DNA of 64,000 bases. Source: Macrostomum lignano. Its lineage: Eukaryota. Below the pieces are notes generated by a model, which was not told where the DNA came from, ran no database searches, and saw nothing but the letters and a program-made list of their open reading frames with translations. Location: positions 620,001 through 684,000 of the forward strand of contig NIVC01000019.1 in NCBI GenBank assembly GCA_002269645.1. The letters run 5' to 3'. The translations under genes and the position numbers were made by a program. Positions 21,852 through 34,469 of this stretch are shown piece after piece (position 1 is the first letter of the stretch; each line of letters opens with the position of its first letter).

Positions 21852-23398
21852 ATGTCGGACAGGGCGGAGTCGCCTCAGCCGACACCCCTGCCAGACTTCT
21901 CTTGCCTGTTCTGCGCGTCTCGGTGCAGCTCGGCGGCGGGCCTGGACTATCACTACCAGACTGTGCACCGCGTCTTCCACACTGATGTGGCGCGTGTTGT
22001 CCGAAGCAGTGACGGCGGCGGCAGCGGCGGAGGTGCCCGTGAATCAGCCGCGACAGCTGCTGTAGCGGCTGCAATGCTGGCCGCTCGTCAACTGCCATCT
22101 GTTGTGAGTAATGATTAATACGGCTCTTGTATGCTGCAAGCTGTCTAATGTGTGCATGCACTGTGCGTTTGAATCGAGTGCAGGGTGGTGGAGTGTAGCA
22201 GTGCTTATCCAACAGTAGTGTGTAGTGTAGCAGTGCTTATCCAACAGTAGTGTGTAGTGTAGCAGTGCTTATCCAACAGTAGTGTGTAGTGTAGCAGTGC
22301 TTATCCCACAGTAGTGTGTAGTGTAGCAGTGCTTATCCCACAGTAGTGTGTAGTGTAGCAGTGCTTATCCCACAGTAGTGTGGAGTGTAGCAGTGCTTAT
22401 CCAACAGTAGTGTGTAGTGTAGCAGTGCTTATCCCACAGTAGTGTGTAGTGTAGCAGTGCTTATCCCACAGTAGTGTGTAGTGTAGCAGTGCTTATCCCA
22501 CAGTAGTGTGTAGTGTAGCAGTGCTTATCCCACAGTAGTGTGGAGTGTAGCAGTGCTTATCCCACAGTAGTGTGTAGTGTAGCAGTGCTTATCCCACAGT
22601 ATAGTGTGGAGTGTAGCAGTGCTTATCCCACAGTAGTGTGTAGTGTAGCAGTGCTTATCCCACAGTAGTGTGGAGTGTAGCAGTGCTTATCCCACAGTAG
22701 TGTGGAGTGTAGCAGTGCTTATCCCACAGTAGTGTGGAGTGTAGCAGTGCTTATCCCACAGTAGTGTGGAGTGTAGCAAGACAGCATGTCACTCACAGCA
22801 GGCTACCAATTCTGCAATGGCTCTGAGCCTGGCCTGGCTTCAGCTGCTGTATCGGCAGTCTCTGCAGCCTCACAGTCTACCGCAGCAGCATCAGCAGCAG
22901 GCTCCGCATCAGCTGATGACCTTGCAGTGTCCACACCAGCCCAGTATGTCGCCCGATATCAGACAGCCATCACTGCCACTGTCTCCGCCAGGCCCTGAGA
23001 CGCCGCCACCTCCGCCGCCACCTCCGCCGCCACCTCCGCCGCCACGTCCGCCGCCACCTCCACCGCCACCTCCGCGACCGCCGCCGCCACCGCCACCGCC
23101 TCGTCCACAGTCGTCCGCGGCATCGTCTGGAACGCAGGCGCGACGCCTGTCCTCTTCGGCCGGCGCCTCCGGACGAAACGTGGAGAGCCTGGCCAGGAAG
23201 GTGTGGGCGCTCGGAGGCAGCCTGAACTGCCTGCCGTTGGCTCACTATTCTGCCACTTGTCGGCGCTGCGGCCGGGAGGTGAAACTGACGGAACGGAAAG
23301 TGCAAAAGTTTAAGCTGCACATTCAGTCATGCTATCGAAAGCTGCTCAGAGCGTCAGTGGCCAGAGCAACCTCGTCGGGTAGTGCTGCGGAAGATTAG
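21852..23398 (+). CDS. Two-exon zinc-finger protein: C2H2 finger, Gln/Pro-rich linker with polyproline, C-terminal BED-like C2HC finger
   Basis: Exon 21852-22103 (FSCLFCASRCSSAAGLDYHYQTVH) splices in phase 0 via GTGAGT...CAG to 22799-23398 (polyPro; KVW...CRRC-x16-HIQSC). Confidence 0.7.
22190..22778. repeat. 32-bp minisatellite (zinc-finger gene intron)
   Basis: GTAGTGTGTAGTGTAGCAGTGCTTATCCCACA tandem copies. Confidence 0.95.
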
Positions 23399-25420
23399 AT
23401 TTTGCATATTTCATCTTACAACAATAACAGAATGTAGATTTACTGTTTATGTGAATGCGTGCGTTATAGCTACACTGGCGACAAAAAACGTACATGTATT
23501 TTCAGTGTCATGTTTATCAGCTGCAGAGTGCATGCTTCTAAAAAATTACATGTATTGTATATCTACATGTACAGAATACAGAAAAGTATATATAGGTAAA
23601 TAAATCTTTATGCACGAAGGTAAATGCAAAGAACCTAGCTAGCTAGTTCTGTGTATTTCGGCCCTTTTTTCCAACAATGAAAATTACAGGCATACAATAT
23701 GATACAAAAACATGACCTTGAAGTGGAATTCATTTATTTGTATTTTTCATGTATACATGCAGAACAGCTTTTGAAATTTAAAAGGACAGTAAAGCACGCT
23801 TACATTACATATGTGTACCATATGATAGTAACAGAATTTCATCAAAATTTAACCGCAATCAGATGTTTCACTATTATCATTCTGTCAGAATATTTAATTA
23901 TTAACTCATTTTTTATTCGAGTACAGACTGGCTAATATAAGTGCATTAATGAAAATCGTGCTTAACACTGCATTTAATGTACATGTAGAATAGAAAGAGA
24001 TATAGTGATATAGAATTCAGGACCAACAGTACAGAACAGTAAAACAGTAATGAGGCAAACAAATGAAATAGCAAACAAATGAATTTTTCCGATGCTCGTA
24101 TATATACTACTTTTAATACTTTAACAAACAATGCGACACAATGCCTATACTGTGCATAGTATTGGTGACAATCAGTAAGGAAGTGTGTTTTTAAAACTTT
24201 TGCTAAAATTAAATAGACTCTAAGGTGGCCGTGAGTGGTGTTGTTTTATTGTTTCTATTTTCGGGTGTGGTTAGGTCGTATAACAGTACAATTTTAAATT
24301 ATTCGTCAGTCATAGCTGAATCAAACTCGAAGTATGACTCGAAATGAATGACTACTGACTACTGTAGGCTATTCGCGGTAATATTGAAACTAATCATTAT
24401 ATTTATTTACCACTTAAGCTTTTACTGATTTTACTGCTATTAATATTGATTGATAATAAAAATTGCGTACAATATAATAGTATAGATAATTTAGCTTTAG
24501 CTGTTAAGTTATTTTTAACCAATCTTTTAAATTTAAATTTAAAGCTTTAAAGCCTAAATTTGTACGCCAACTTTGAAAGGGGCATTTGTACGCCGGAATT
24601 TTATGGCATATATGTAACCCTCCAGAATCTGGTATTCAAGTAAGGATAAGATGATATCATATTTTTAGATTTTTCAGACAGATATATTCTTTCAATCTTT
24701 CAAGATAATCAAGATTCAATTGTGATTTGAGACTAAGTCTAATTAGCATCTAGTAAACCTATTTATACTATTCTATCTATTAATATTGATGCTAACATTT
24801 TTATTTGTTAAATGTATATAATGACAATAATAAAACTAAAACTAAAAGGAAAAACAATGATTATTTAATATTTTGCTTGTTAATAACTTGATTTTTATCA
24901 AATATCAAAATGATAATATTAGTCACAAACAGTCACATGGTCACAAATCTTGACTTTTTGAGATCTCAAAACTAAGATTGAGAAAAGTGCCAAAGTTTAA
25001 ATCATTGAGATCAAGATTAAGATCTTGTCCAACTCTTACTTTTATCAATTCTTTTTGTCTATGGCCCATTATCAGATGCTATACCTTGAATTTTGTTAGC
25101 CAAGTAATATACATTTACATAAAATTTTAAAGATAGGCCTTTCAAAACTAATATGACTATATAGACTTCTATAAGATATTATAAATAGACATTTTATGAC
25201 TTATTATAAATATAGTTGCCAATAAATTAAAAATTCAATAGTCTGGGTATTGCCATAAATTGCCAAAAATTTATGATGCCAAAAATGCCAAAGTGGTAGT
25301 GGTATAATAAATATATATAATGATTGCATTTTTTGATTATTTTGAGATAAAAAATTAAATTTTAATCTAAACCATAAATTACAGATGGTTGCACATAGAG
25401 ATTCTATAATATAAGACAGA

Positions 25421-28400
25421 ATGATTAATATGGAGAATGCAGAAGAGAACCTTGAGCCTGCAACAGTAACACTAATTGGTAAATGCCCTTTTTCACAATA
25501 CCATTTTTACCAAGTTAATAAAAATAATATAAATTTAATGCTTTCTCTTTTAACCAATAAAGCTTATAGAGGCATTGGATTGCAACCACCAAGAAGCAAG
25601 AAAAAATGTGAGGCTTTGTAACTTTCTATCTAATATTATCTTTCTGGTTCTAAGAGTCAACTGTTTTTTATCCACTAAATTTAACATTGACAGCGGAAAG
25701 CAAAAAAGCCAAATGGAAGGTGCTATTCTGCCATGGACAGGACAAGAAAATGTCTACAATGGAAATTATCAGCCAAGATGGCAATCCTGTATGGGATACT
25801 ACGGCTACTATGTAAGTAGCATTTGATGTACATATATATATGGATTCTTGGAACTCAAATTGTCTAATACATTCGCAATCAAGCTCAAGGTATTTGATAA
25901 CTATAGCGTAGTAAAGAGTTTAGAGGAGTTTAGATGGCATGTGTTGCCATGCAAACTTTTGGACTTGTGCATATTGTGCATGAAAATTCACCCCAAGGCT
26001 TGTCGTGCTATGCAATTATTGATGCTTTTCTAAATGGCTGAGCTTTAAGGCACATGGTATGCAACCTGTTTGAGCACCCTGTATGAGCACCCTGTGTGAG
26101 CACCCTGTGTGAGCACCCTGTGTGAGCACCCTGTGTGAGCACCCTGTTTGAGCGCCCTGTGTGAGCACCATGTGTGAACACCCTGTGTGAGCACTATGTG
26201 TGAACACCCTGTGTGAGCACTATGTGTGAACACCCTGTGTGAACACCATGTGTGAACACCTTGTGTGAGCGCCCTGTGTGAGCGCCATATCTGAGCACCC
26301 TGTGTAAGCGCCCTGCTGAAATCTCAATTCAACAAATAATCATCTTCCACCACCCGCCCCAGTCCCGTTGGCAACTCCTACGAGCCGCTGGTGCTCCTGC
26401 TGCACTACCGGGATGCCCCAGTCGGACAGGTGATCATCCCATGGACTCAGGTGCCGGACAAAGCCACGGCTGTCGGCCAGCCGGAGCGACTCGGCGAGCT
26501 GGAGGCCGTCCGGAAGAATCCGGAGCCGTCAGGTGGCCTCTATTACAACTGCTGGATTGAGACCTACCGGCCTGTCAGTCAGCAGCCCCGGAAACCGCCT
26601 GGCTTGCTCAAACGGTTAGCAATGCTTAACAATAATTTTACAATCCATTTTGAGCAATGAAAGTAGCGCTAGGCTCTGGTCTCTGGAGTGTGAAAGTGGC
26701 ACAGTTATGGAATTTGGGGAAGATGGAATTTTGGGAATATGGATTTTGGGGAATATGGAATTTGGAGAAGATGGAATTTGGGGAACATGAATTTTGGGGA
26801 ATATGGATTTTGGGGAATATGGATATTGGGGAATATGGATTTTGGGAAATGTGGTCAAGTGGGATATAATTGGAGAATAGGAAATCCTGGGAAATGTAAA
26901 CCGAGACTCCTTCTGGTATTCAATTCTCATAATTTATAATTTGACGCATTCTCACACGCCCAGGCTCAGTCTGTCGCGCAGCAAGCTATCAGCTAGCAGT
27001 GCCAGCATCGCCGAGGACAGCCGGCGTCAGGACGGCACCCTGGAGCAGCAGCCGGAGCAACAGCAGGCCGCTTCGAGCCGCAAGGCCACGGTGCCAACTG
27101 TCAAGAAGTTGAAGCGCCGGTTGTTCAACCGCGGCGGCAAATCCAGCGGCAAAGACGCCGTTGACTCGAACGGCCCCGTCTCCAAGGCCGTCTCCATGGG
27201 CAACCTGTCGGGCTCCTCGTCCTTAAGCGCCGCGCCGCTGCAGACGCAGCAGCAACAGCAGCAGCCGTCATCGTCAGCCGCATATTCGCCGTCGCCCTCG
27301 CCGTCGGCGTCGCCGGCCTCGCTGCAGCGCCACCCGATGGCGCGGCCGCACTCGCTGCACAACCTGGCCCTCGACCAGCCGATGGAGCGGCCAGCCGAGC
27401 GGCTGCAGAAATCCCAGCAGCAGCAGCAGCAGCTCGACCTCCTGGCAACTTCGCCAAATTCCCAGCTGAGCCGGAGCCGCAGCGCCGCCTGCCTGTTCAC
27501 CGGGCCGACCTATCCGTCGGTTGACACGGACCGGCCGCTGCCGGAGGTGCTCCAGCTCGAGCCCGGCCAGGCTCCCGCACTCGGCGGCCAGCGCGTCACC
27601 GTCCGCGGTGTCGCCCTCGCCTTGTCGGCCTCGGATTTGATCGGCGCCTCGCTGGCCGGCGTGCCCTGCCGGGCGGTGGCCTTCGTCAGCCCGCAGGAGG
27701 TTCTGCTGACCGCGGGCACGGCGCCTTCGGCTGGTGCCGCAGGACCGGTCGAGCTGGTCACCGTCAGCGCCGGTTGCGTCCGGTCTGAGCAAACTTTCAC
27801 GTACCTGGCCGCCAGCGCTAAGGGTGAGGTTTGGGATTATCCGATCAGCCTTCCCCTAATCCATCAGTCACCTTCCCCTAATCCATCAGTCACCTTCCCC
27901 TAATCCATCAGTCACCTTCCCCTGATCCATCAGTCACCTTCCCCTAATCCATCAGTCACCTTCCCCTAATCCATCAGTCACCTTCCCCTGATCCATTAGT
28001 CACTTTTCTCGTCCCGCAGCCTCACTACCTCCCCCTGCCAGCGGCATCGCTCGCAGCCCGTCGCTCAACCAGCTGCCGTTCGGCGGGGCTTCGGCCGGCG
28101 CCTCAGGCGGCTCCTCCGTCATGCCGGAGGTTCACCACGCCCGGTCCAGCAGCCTGGAGGCTGCCGCGGCTATTCAGCCAACATCATCGGCGCAGCTGAT
28201 GCCCGCGCCTGCGCCCGCCCTGGCAGCTGCTTCCGCGTCGAAATCGCCGGCTTCGAATATTAAAAAGAGCCGCAGCGTGTGGGACCTGCGGCTGGGCCGG
28301 TGAGCTGGGATCTCAGCGGATCTTAAGGCATTTGGTGCTGAATGGTCACAGATTAGAATTGAACCTCTCCCAGATATCCAGGTGCTCGGCCAGCCTCTCA

Positions 28401-30397
28401 GATCCTCAGTTGCTGGGCCATCCTCTCAGATCCTCAGTTGCTGGTCCAGCCTCCCAGATCCTCAGTTGCTGGGCCAGCCTTCCAGATCCTCAGTTGCTGG
28501 GCCAGCCTTCCAGATCCTCAGTTGCTGGGCCAGCCTCCCAGTTGCTGGGCCAGCCTCCCAGTTGCTGGGCCAGCCTTTTAGTTGCTGGGCCAGCCTTCCA
28601 GTTGCTGGGGCAGCCTCCCAGTTCCTGGGCCAGCCTCCCAGATCCCCAGTTGCTGGGCCAGCCTCCCAGATCCCCAGTTGCTGGGCCAGCCTCCCAGATC
28701 CCCAGTTGCTGGGCAGCCTCCCAGATCCTCAGTTGCTGGGCCAGCCTCCCAGATCCTCAGTTGCTGGGCAGCCTCCCAGATCCTCAGTTGCTGGGCCAGC
28801 CTCCCAGATCCTCAGTTGCTGGGCCAGCCTCCCAGATCCCCAGTTGCTGGGCCAGCCTCCCAGATCCCCAGTTGCTGGGCCAGCCTCCCAGATCCCCAGT
28901 TGCTGGGCAGCCTCTCAGATCCTCAGTTGCTGGGCCAGCCTCCCAGATCCTCAGTTGCTGGGCAGCCTCCCAGATCCTCAGTTGCTGGGCCAGCCTCCCA
29001 GATCTTCAGTTGCTGGGCCAGCCTCCCAGATCCTCAGTTGCTGGGCCAGCCTCCCAGATCCTCAGTTGCTGGGCCAGCCTCCCAGATCCCTGTTGCTGGG
29101 CCAGCCTCCCAGATCCTCAGTTGCTGGGCCAGCCTCCCAGATCCTCAGTTGCTGGGCCAGCCTCCCAGATCCTCAGTTGCTGGGCCAGCCTCCCGGATCC
29201 TCAGTTGCTGGGCAGCCTCCCAGTTGCTGGGCAGCCTCCCAGATCCTCAGTTGCTGGGCCAGCCTCCCAGATCCTCAGTTGCTGGGCAGCCTCCCAGATC
29301 CTCAGTTGCTGGGCCAGCCTCCCAGATCCTCAGTTGCTGGGCCAGCCTCCCAGATCCTCAGTTGCTGGGCCAGCCTCCCGGATCCTCAGTTGCTGGGCAG
29401 CCTCCCAGTTGCTGGGCCAGCCTCCCAGATCCCCAGTTGCTGGGCAGCCTCCCAGATCCTCAGTTGCTGGGCAGCCTCCCAGATCCTCAGTTGCTGGGCA
29501 GCCTCCCAGTTGCTGGGCCAGCCTCCCAGATCCCCAGTTGCTGGGCAGCCTCCCAGATCCCCAGTTGCTCGGCCAGCCTCGCAGATCCTCAGTTGCTAAG
29601 CCACCAGCCCCTCAGTCCTCAGTTGCTGGGCCAGCCTCCCAGAGCCTCAGTTGGGTCTGATCTTATTTATGAAGCAAGGAACTACACAGACTGATACTTT
29701 TAAGGAGTGCTTTTTAATGCATTTTATTTTTTAAGAAATTTTACTGCCCTTAACCAAGCTGCGCAGTACATTTTATGCATATTATTGATTAGCGGTATTT
29801 GGCCCCCCTAGGCTACTTACCCTGTTGTTGTGCAGAATTTCAATTTTATTACCCCTATAAAGTTTCTAAAGTTTCAATAGCTACTTTCTGTGTACGTAAC
29901 TCAAATTTGGCTACTTATTTTAAAAACATTAATAAAATGTTCATATTTCTACTTATTTTACCCCAGCTAGTAAGTAGTCTGTACGCAATTTTATTGTATA
30001 TATTTGTTCCAGACGCGGCTCGGACGCCTCCGACACTCCAACTGGCCAGCCGGGCGCCTCTTCCTCCGGCGTGAAACTGCGCAAGCGGGACTCGGGCAAG
30101 GGCACGCTTTCTAAGAAACAGCTGCTGCAGGAGACCGAGCTGCTCCGAGCTCATTTAGAAGCGGCCCACAATGAGCGTCAGCAACTCATGGAAGCTCTAG
30201 TGGAAGCTGAGAAGCTTGCGCTGGAAGCTGAACAGCGCGCATTGGAAGCTGAGGCGCGCGCCCGTCTGGAAGCTGAAGCGCACGAGGACAAATTGTTAGA
30301 GCTGACCAACTTCATCGACAGCATGCAGGCTCGCATTATCGAGAGCGGACACGTTGAACTGCTTGAAAAATCGCCGCCAAGGCCACCGAAGTGCTGA
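25421..30397 (+). CDS. Class I Rab11-FIP-like protein (C2 domain + internal Sec5-like IPT/TIG domain + coiled coil + FIP-RBD), 7 coding exons
   Basis: Exons 25421-25478, 25563-25607, 25694-25811, 26363-26614, 26964-27823, 28020-28299, 30013-30397, all GT-AG in consistent phase. C2-like: TVTLIAYRGIGL...DGNPVWD...VGQVIIP. RBD-like: ELTNFIDSMQARIIE. Confidence 0.82.
26065..26315. repeat. 13-bp minisatellite (Rab11-FIP-like intron 3)
   Basis: CACCCTGTGTGAG tandem copies. Confidence 0.92.
26705..26855. repeat. 16-bp minisatellite (Rab11-FIP-like intron 4)
   Basis: ATGGATTTTGGGGAAT-type copies. Confidence 0.85.
27855..28005. repeat. 22-bp minisatellite (Rab11-FIP-like intron 5)
   Basis: ATCCATCAGTCACCTTCCCCTA tandem copies. 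Confidence 0.9.
28385..29655. repeat. 28/27-bp minisatellite (Rab11-FIP-like intron 6)
   Basis: CTGGGCCAGCCTCCCAGATCCTCAGTTG with shorter variants. Confidence 0.95.
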
Positions 30398-30439
30398 GGC
30401 CTTTGCTTGATGCTGCTGGCTGAGATGCTCTAGCAATCC

Positions 30440-31715
30440 TGCTGGGAAGGATGAAGGTTGTAGGGATGCTGGGAAGGATGATGATTGTAGGGATGCTGGG
30501 AAGGATGAAGGTTGTAGGGATGCTGGGAAAGATGCAGACTGTAGGGATGCTGGGAAGGATGATGATTGTAGAGATGCTGGGAAGGATGCAGATTGTAGGG
30601 ATGCTGGGAAGGATGAAGGTTGTAGGGATGCTGGGAAGGATGATGATTGTAGGGATGCTGGGAAGGATGAAGGTTGTAGGGATGCTGGGAAAGATGCAGA
30701 CTGTAGGGATGCTGGGAAGGATGATGATTGTAGGGATGCTGGGAAGGATGAAGGTTGTAGGGATGCTGGGAAGGATGATGATTGTAGGGATGCTGGGAAG
30801 GATGAAGGTTGTAGGGATGCTGGGAAGGATGATGATTGTAGGGATGCTGGGAAGGATGAAGGTTGTAGGGATGCTGGGAAAGATGCAGACTGTAGGGATG
30901 CTGGGAAGGATGCAGACTGTAGAGATGCTGGGAAGGATGCAGATTGTAGGGATGCTGGGAAGGATGCAGATTGTAGGGATGCTGGGAAGGATGAAGGTTG
31001 TAGGGATGCTGGGAAGGATGATGATTGTAGGGATGCTGGGAAGGATGAAGGTTGTAGGGATGCTGGGAAGGATGATGATTGTAGGGATGCTGGGAAGGAT
31101 GAAGGTTGTAGGGATGCTGGGAAGGATGATGATTGTAGGGATGCTGGGAAGGATGAAGGTTGTAGGGATGCTGGGAAGGATGATGATTGTAGGGATGCTG
31201 GGAAGGATGAAGGTTGTAGGGATGCTGGGAAGGATGATGATTGTAGGGATGCTGGGAAGGATGAAGGTTGTAGGGATGCTGGGAAGGATGATGATTGTAG
31301 GGATGCTGGGAAGGATGAAGGTTGTAGGGATGCTGGGAAGGATGATGATTGTAGGGATGCTGGGAAGGATGAAGGTTGTAGGGATGCTGGGAAAGATGCA
31401 GACTGTAGGGATGCTGGGAAGGATGATGATTGTAGAGATGCTGGGAAGGATGCAGATTGTAGGGATGCTGGGAAGGATGCAGATTGTAGGGATGCTGGGA
31501 AGGATGATTGTAGGGATGCTGGGAAGGATAATGATTGTAGGGATGCTGGGAAGGATTGATTGTAGGGATGCTGGGAAGGATTGATTGTAGGGATGCTGGG
31601 AAGGATGCAGATTGTAGGGATGCTGGGAAGGATGCAGACTGTAGGGATGCTGGTAAAGATGAGGACTGTGGGGATGTTGGAAAGAATGCAGATTGTAGGG
31701 ATGCTGGCAAGGATG
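30440..31715. repeat. 27-bp minisatellite with variant units
   Basis: ATGCTGGGAAGGATG followed by AAGGTT, ATGATT, CAGATT or CAGACT, then GTAGGG. Confidence 0.96.
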
Positions 31716-32684
31716 AGAACTGCTATACAATACTACTTCATCGGTTTAATTACCAAAATTTGCTAAGCTGTGTATATCGCATTATCTCCCGTATAATCTC
31801 AACTATTAATTGTTTTACCTGTGCTCCATCAGTCAGAGATAACTAGAGTAGATGCTAGTCTTTTCCTCATTATTCCGCTTGTCTATCTGGTTTCATTGGA
31901 TTGATGGTTATAAGCATTGCTTTTATTGTATACCTTTTTGGTTGGTTTTTCATTATTTTCAACTTGTTCACAAGCTGCCATTCCAAATTCAAAAGTCAAG
32001 TTGGAACTTCAGGCTGTGTCGTTATTTCGATTTTGTAACTTTCTTTAACTGTGTTTTTTCTAAGCCTTATGTTGGTTTCCTGACATTCCATGTTTTTTTT
32101 GCTTTTTAAAATCGGCTTTTCCTTTCGCTGCTACTGCTAGTAGGCAGTCTGGCATCAGCTTCGCAGCTTGTGACGACACGCCAACAAGTTCAGAGCGTTT
32201 CTCGCTTCTGCAATAATATTTTATCTGACATTAAACGGTTGCACCTTGTGAATATGCTGGCCAACTGTAAACATATATTTTTGACGCTTTAAACCACAGC
32301 TATTTTTTTACTTTGCCTAATAATTAAATTCTGCTAATTATCATATAACTGGCTAAGCAAAATGAATGACATTCTGTGTGTAGGAATTCTGTTTCACTTT
32401 GCCCTGCTTGGCCAGCTGATTGTTTCGGCAGGTCTTTGTTTTAATTATGTTTTTATTTTTTATAAAAAGCTATCTCCAAAATCACAAGGGACCACTGGTG
32501 TTAACTATTTCTTTCATATATAATTGCACATTTTTTAATCAGAATTGATGCTTCAATATGTGCCCAACATTATCTCGTGTCCTTATATGAACCATTATTT
32601 ACATATTTTCAACACTTCCGTTGAGTCTGCGTGGACTACAAAAAGCTTCTAGACATTTGCAATCTTGAATTTGATTGGACAATT

Positions 32685-33686
32685 GTTCTGAAGTTCAATA
32701 AGACAGGGTCCTGAAGTTCATAGAGACAGGGTCCTGAAGTTCATAGAGACAGGGTGCTGAAGTTCATATAGACAGGGTCCTGAAGTTCATAGAGACAGGG
32801 TGCTGAAGTTCATATAGACAGGGTCCTGAAGTTCATAGAGACAGGGTCCTGAAGTTCATAGAGACAGGGTGCTGAAGTTCATAGAGACAGTGTCCTGAAG
32901 TTCATAGAGACAGGGTCCTGAAGCTCATAGAGACAGGGTCCAGAAGCTCATAGAGACAGGGTCCTGAAGTTCAATAAGACAGGGTCCTGAAGCTCATAGA
33001 GACAGGGTCCTGAAGTTCATAGAGACAGGGTCCTGAAGTTCATAGAGACAGGGTCCTGAAGTTCATAGAGACAGGGTCCTGAAGTTCATAGAGACAGGGT
33101 CCTGAAGCTCATAGAGACAGGGTCCTGAAGCTCATAGAGACAGGGTCCTGAAGTTCATAGAGACAGGGTCCTGAAGTTCATAGAGACAGGGTCCTGAAGT
33201 TCATAGAGACAGGGTCCTGAAGCTCATAGAGACAGTGTCCTGAAGTTCATAGAGACAGTGTCCTGAAGTTCATAGAGACAGGGTCCTGGAGCTCATAGAG
33301 ACAGGGTCCTGGAGTTCATAAAGACAGGGTCCTGAAGTTCATAGAGACAGGGTCCAGAAGTTCAGAGAGACAGGGTCCAGAAGTTCATAGAGACAGGGTC
33401 CTGAAGTTCATATAGACAGTATCCTGAAGTTCATAGAGACAGGGTCCTGAAGTTCAATAAGACAGGGTCCTGAAGTTCATAGAGACACGGTCCTGAAGTT
33501 CATAGAGACAGTGTCCTGAAGTTCATAGATACAGTGTCCTGAAGTTCATAGAGACAGGGTCCTGAAGCTCATAGAGACAGTGTCCTGAAGCTCATAGAGA
33601 CAGTGTCCTGAAGTTCATAGAGACAGGGTCCTGAAGTTTATAGAGTCAGGGTCCTGAAGTTTATAGAGTCAGGGTCCTGAAGTTCA
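32685..33686. repeat. 23-bp minisatellite
   Basis: GACAGGGTCCTGAAGTTCATAGA tandem copies. Confidence 0.95.
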
Positions 33687-34099
33687 GTTAACGCCACGCG
33701 GCTTCGAACGCGGAAGAATCCATCAAAAACTATGATTTGCTCATCTTTGAACTTCAGATAAAAGAATTGTTATGCAAGCTTTATTTTATGATGCGTATTT
33801 TATTAATCATCCTACAGAATGCCGAAATGTAAACAAAAAAGTTCAGCTATATTTTCTTAAATTATTTTTAACAATCTTACGCCCTAGGTAACTGAGTTGC
33901 CCCATTCGAAAATATTAAATATAAATCCCTAATTTGTATTTTTGTCTTCGTTTGAACAAAGGCCAACCTCATTTTTCCCAATCGAACTCGAGTCGTTGAA
34001 ATTATGAAACATTATTTATGATTTGAGGCGTGTTGTGAGTAGCTCGTATGTGATATCGCTTGCACTGACCTATCTGTATTGTAGTACAGTATATTTGCT

Positions 34100-34220
<121 letters not shown>

Positions 34221-34469
34221 CGCGGCACATGCATGTGGAACTGCTCACTAATGTGAGCTATTGAGCTCAGCTCGGCTTCCGCTGCACCCGCCTCTGTGCG
34301 CCAATTATTCGGGTGCATTCCGAACTGTATGCCCAGCTACTCTTGAGAGAGATGAGCTGATGGTAATGCAAATAGATGAGATCGATAGAGATAGTACAGA
34401 CTGGGGAGATTTGTAAAAACTGAGAAGGCACATTTGCGAGTAGTTTGGCGAGAACACAGAATTAGCGAA

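Noticed and set aside
24690-25040. TCAAGAT/TTGAGAT-rich segment resembling a decayed hAT end
   Set aside because: Only one plausible terminus, and too degenerate to delimit.
28332-31730. Long 370-464 aa ORFs (also at 35586-36595, 45604-46769, 47948-49684, 58722-59798, 20846-21985, 14824-15473)
   Set aside because: Stop-free frames created by tandem or simple repeats. They are open in several frames and strands and lie in introns or intergenic DNA.
33690-33715. B-box-like GTTCGAAGCC on the minus strand
   Set aside because: No A box or cloverleaf, so not supportable as a tRNA or SINE head.
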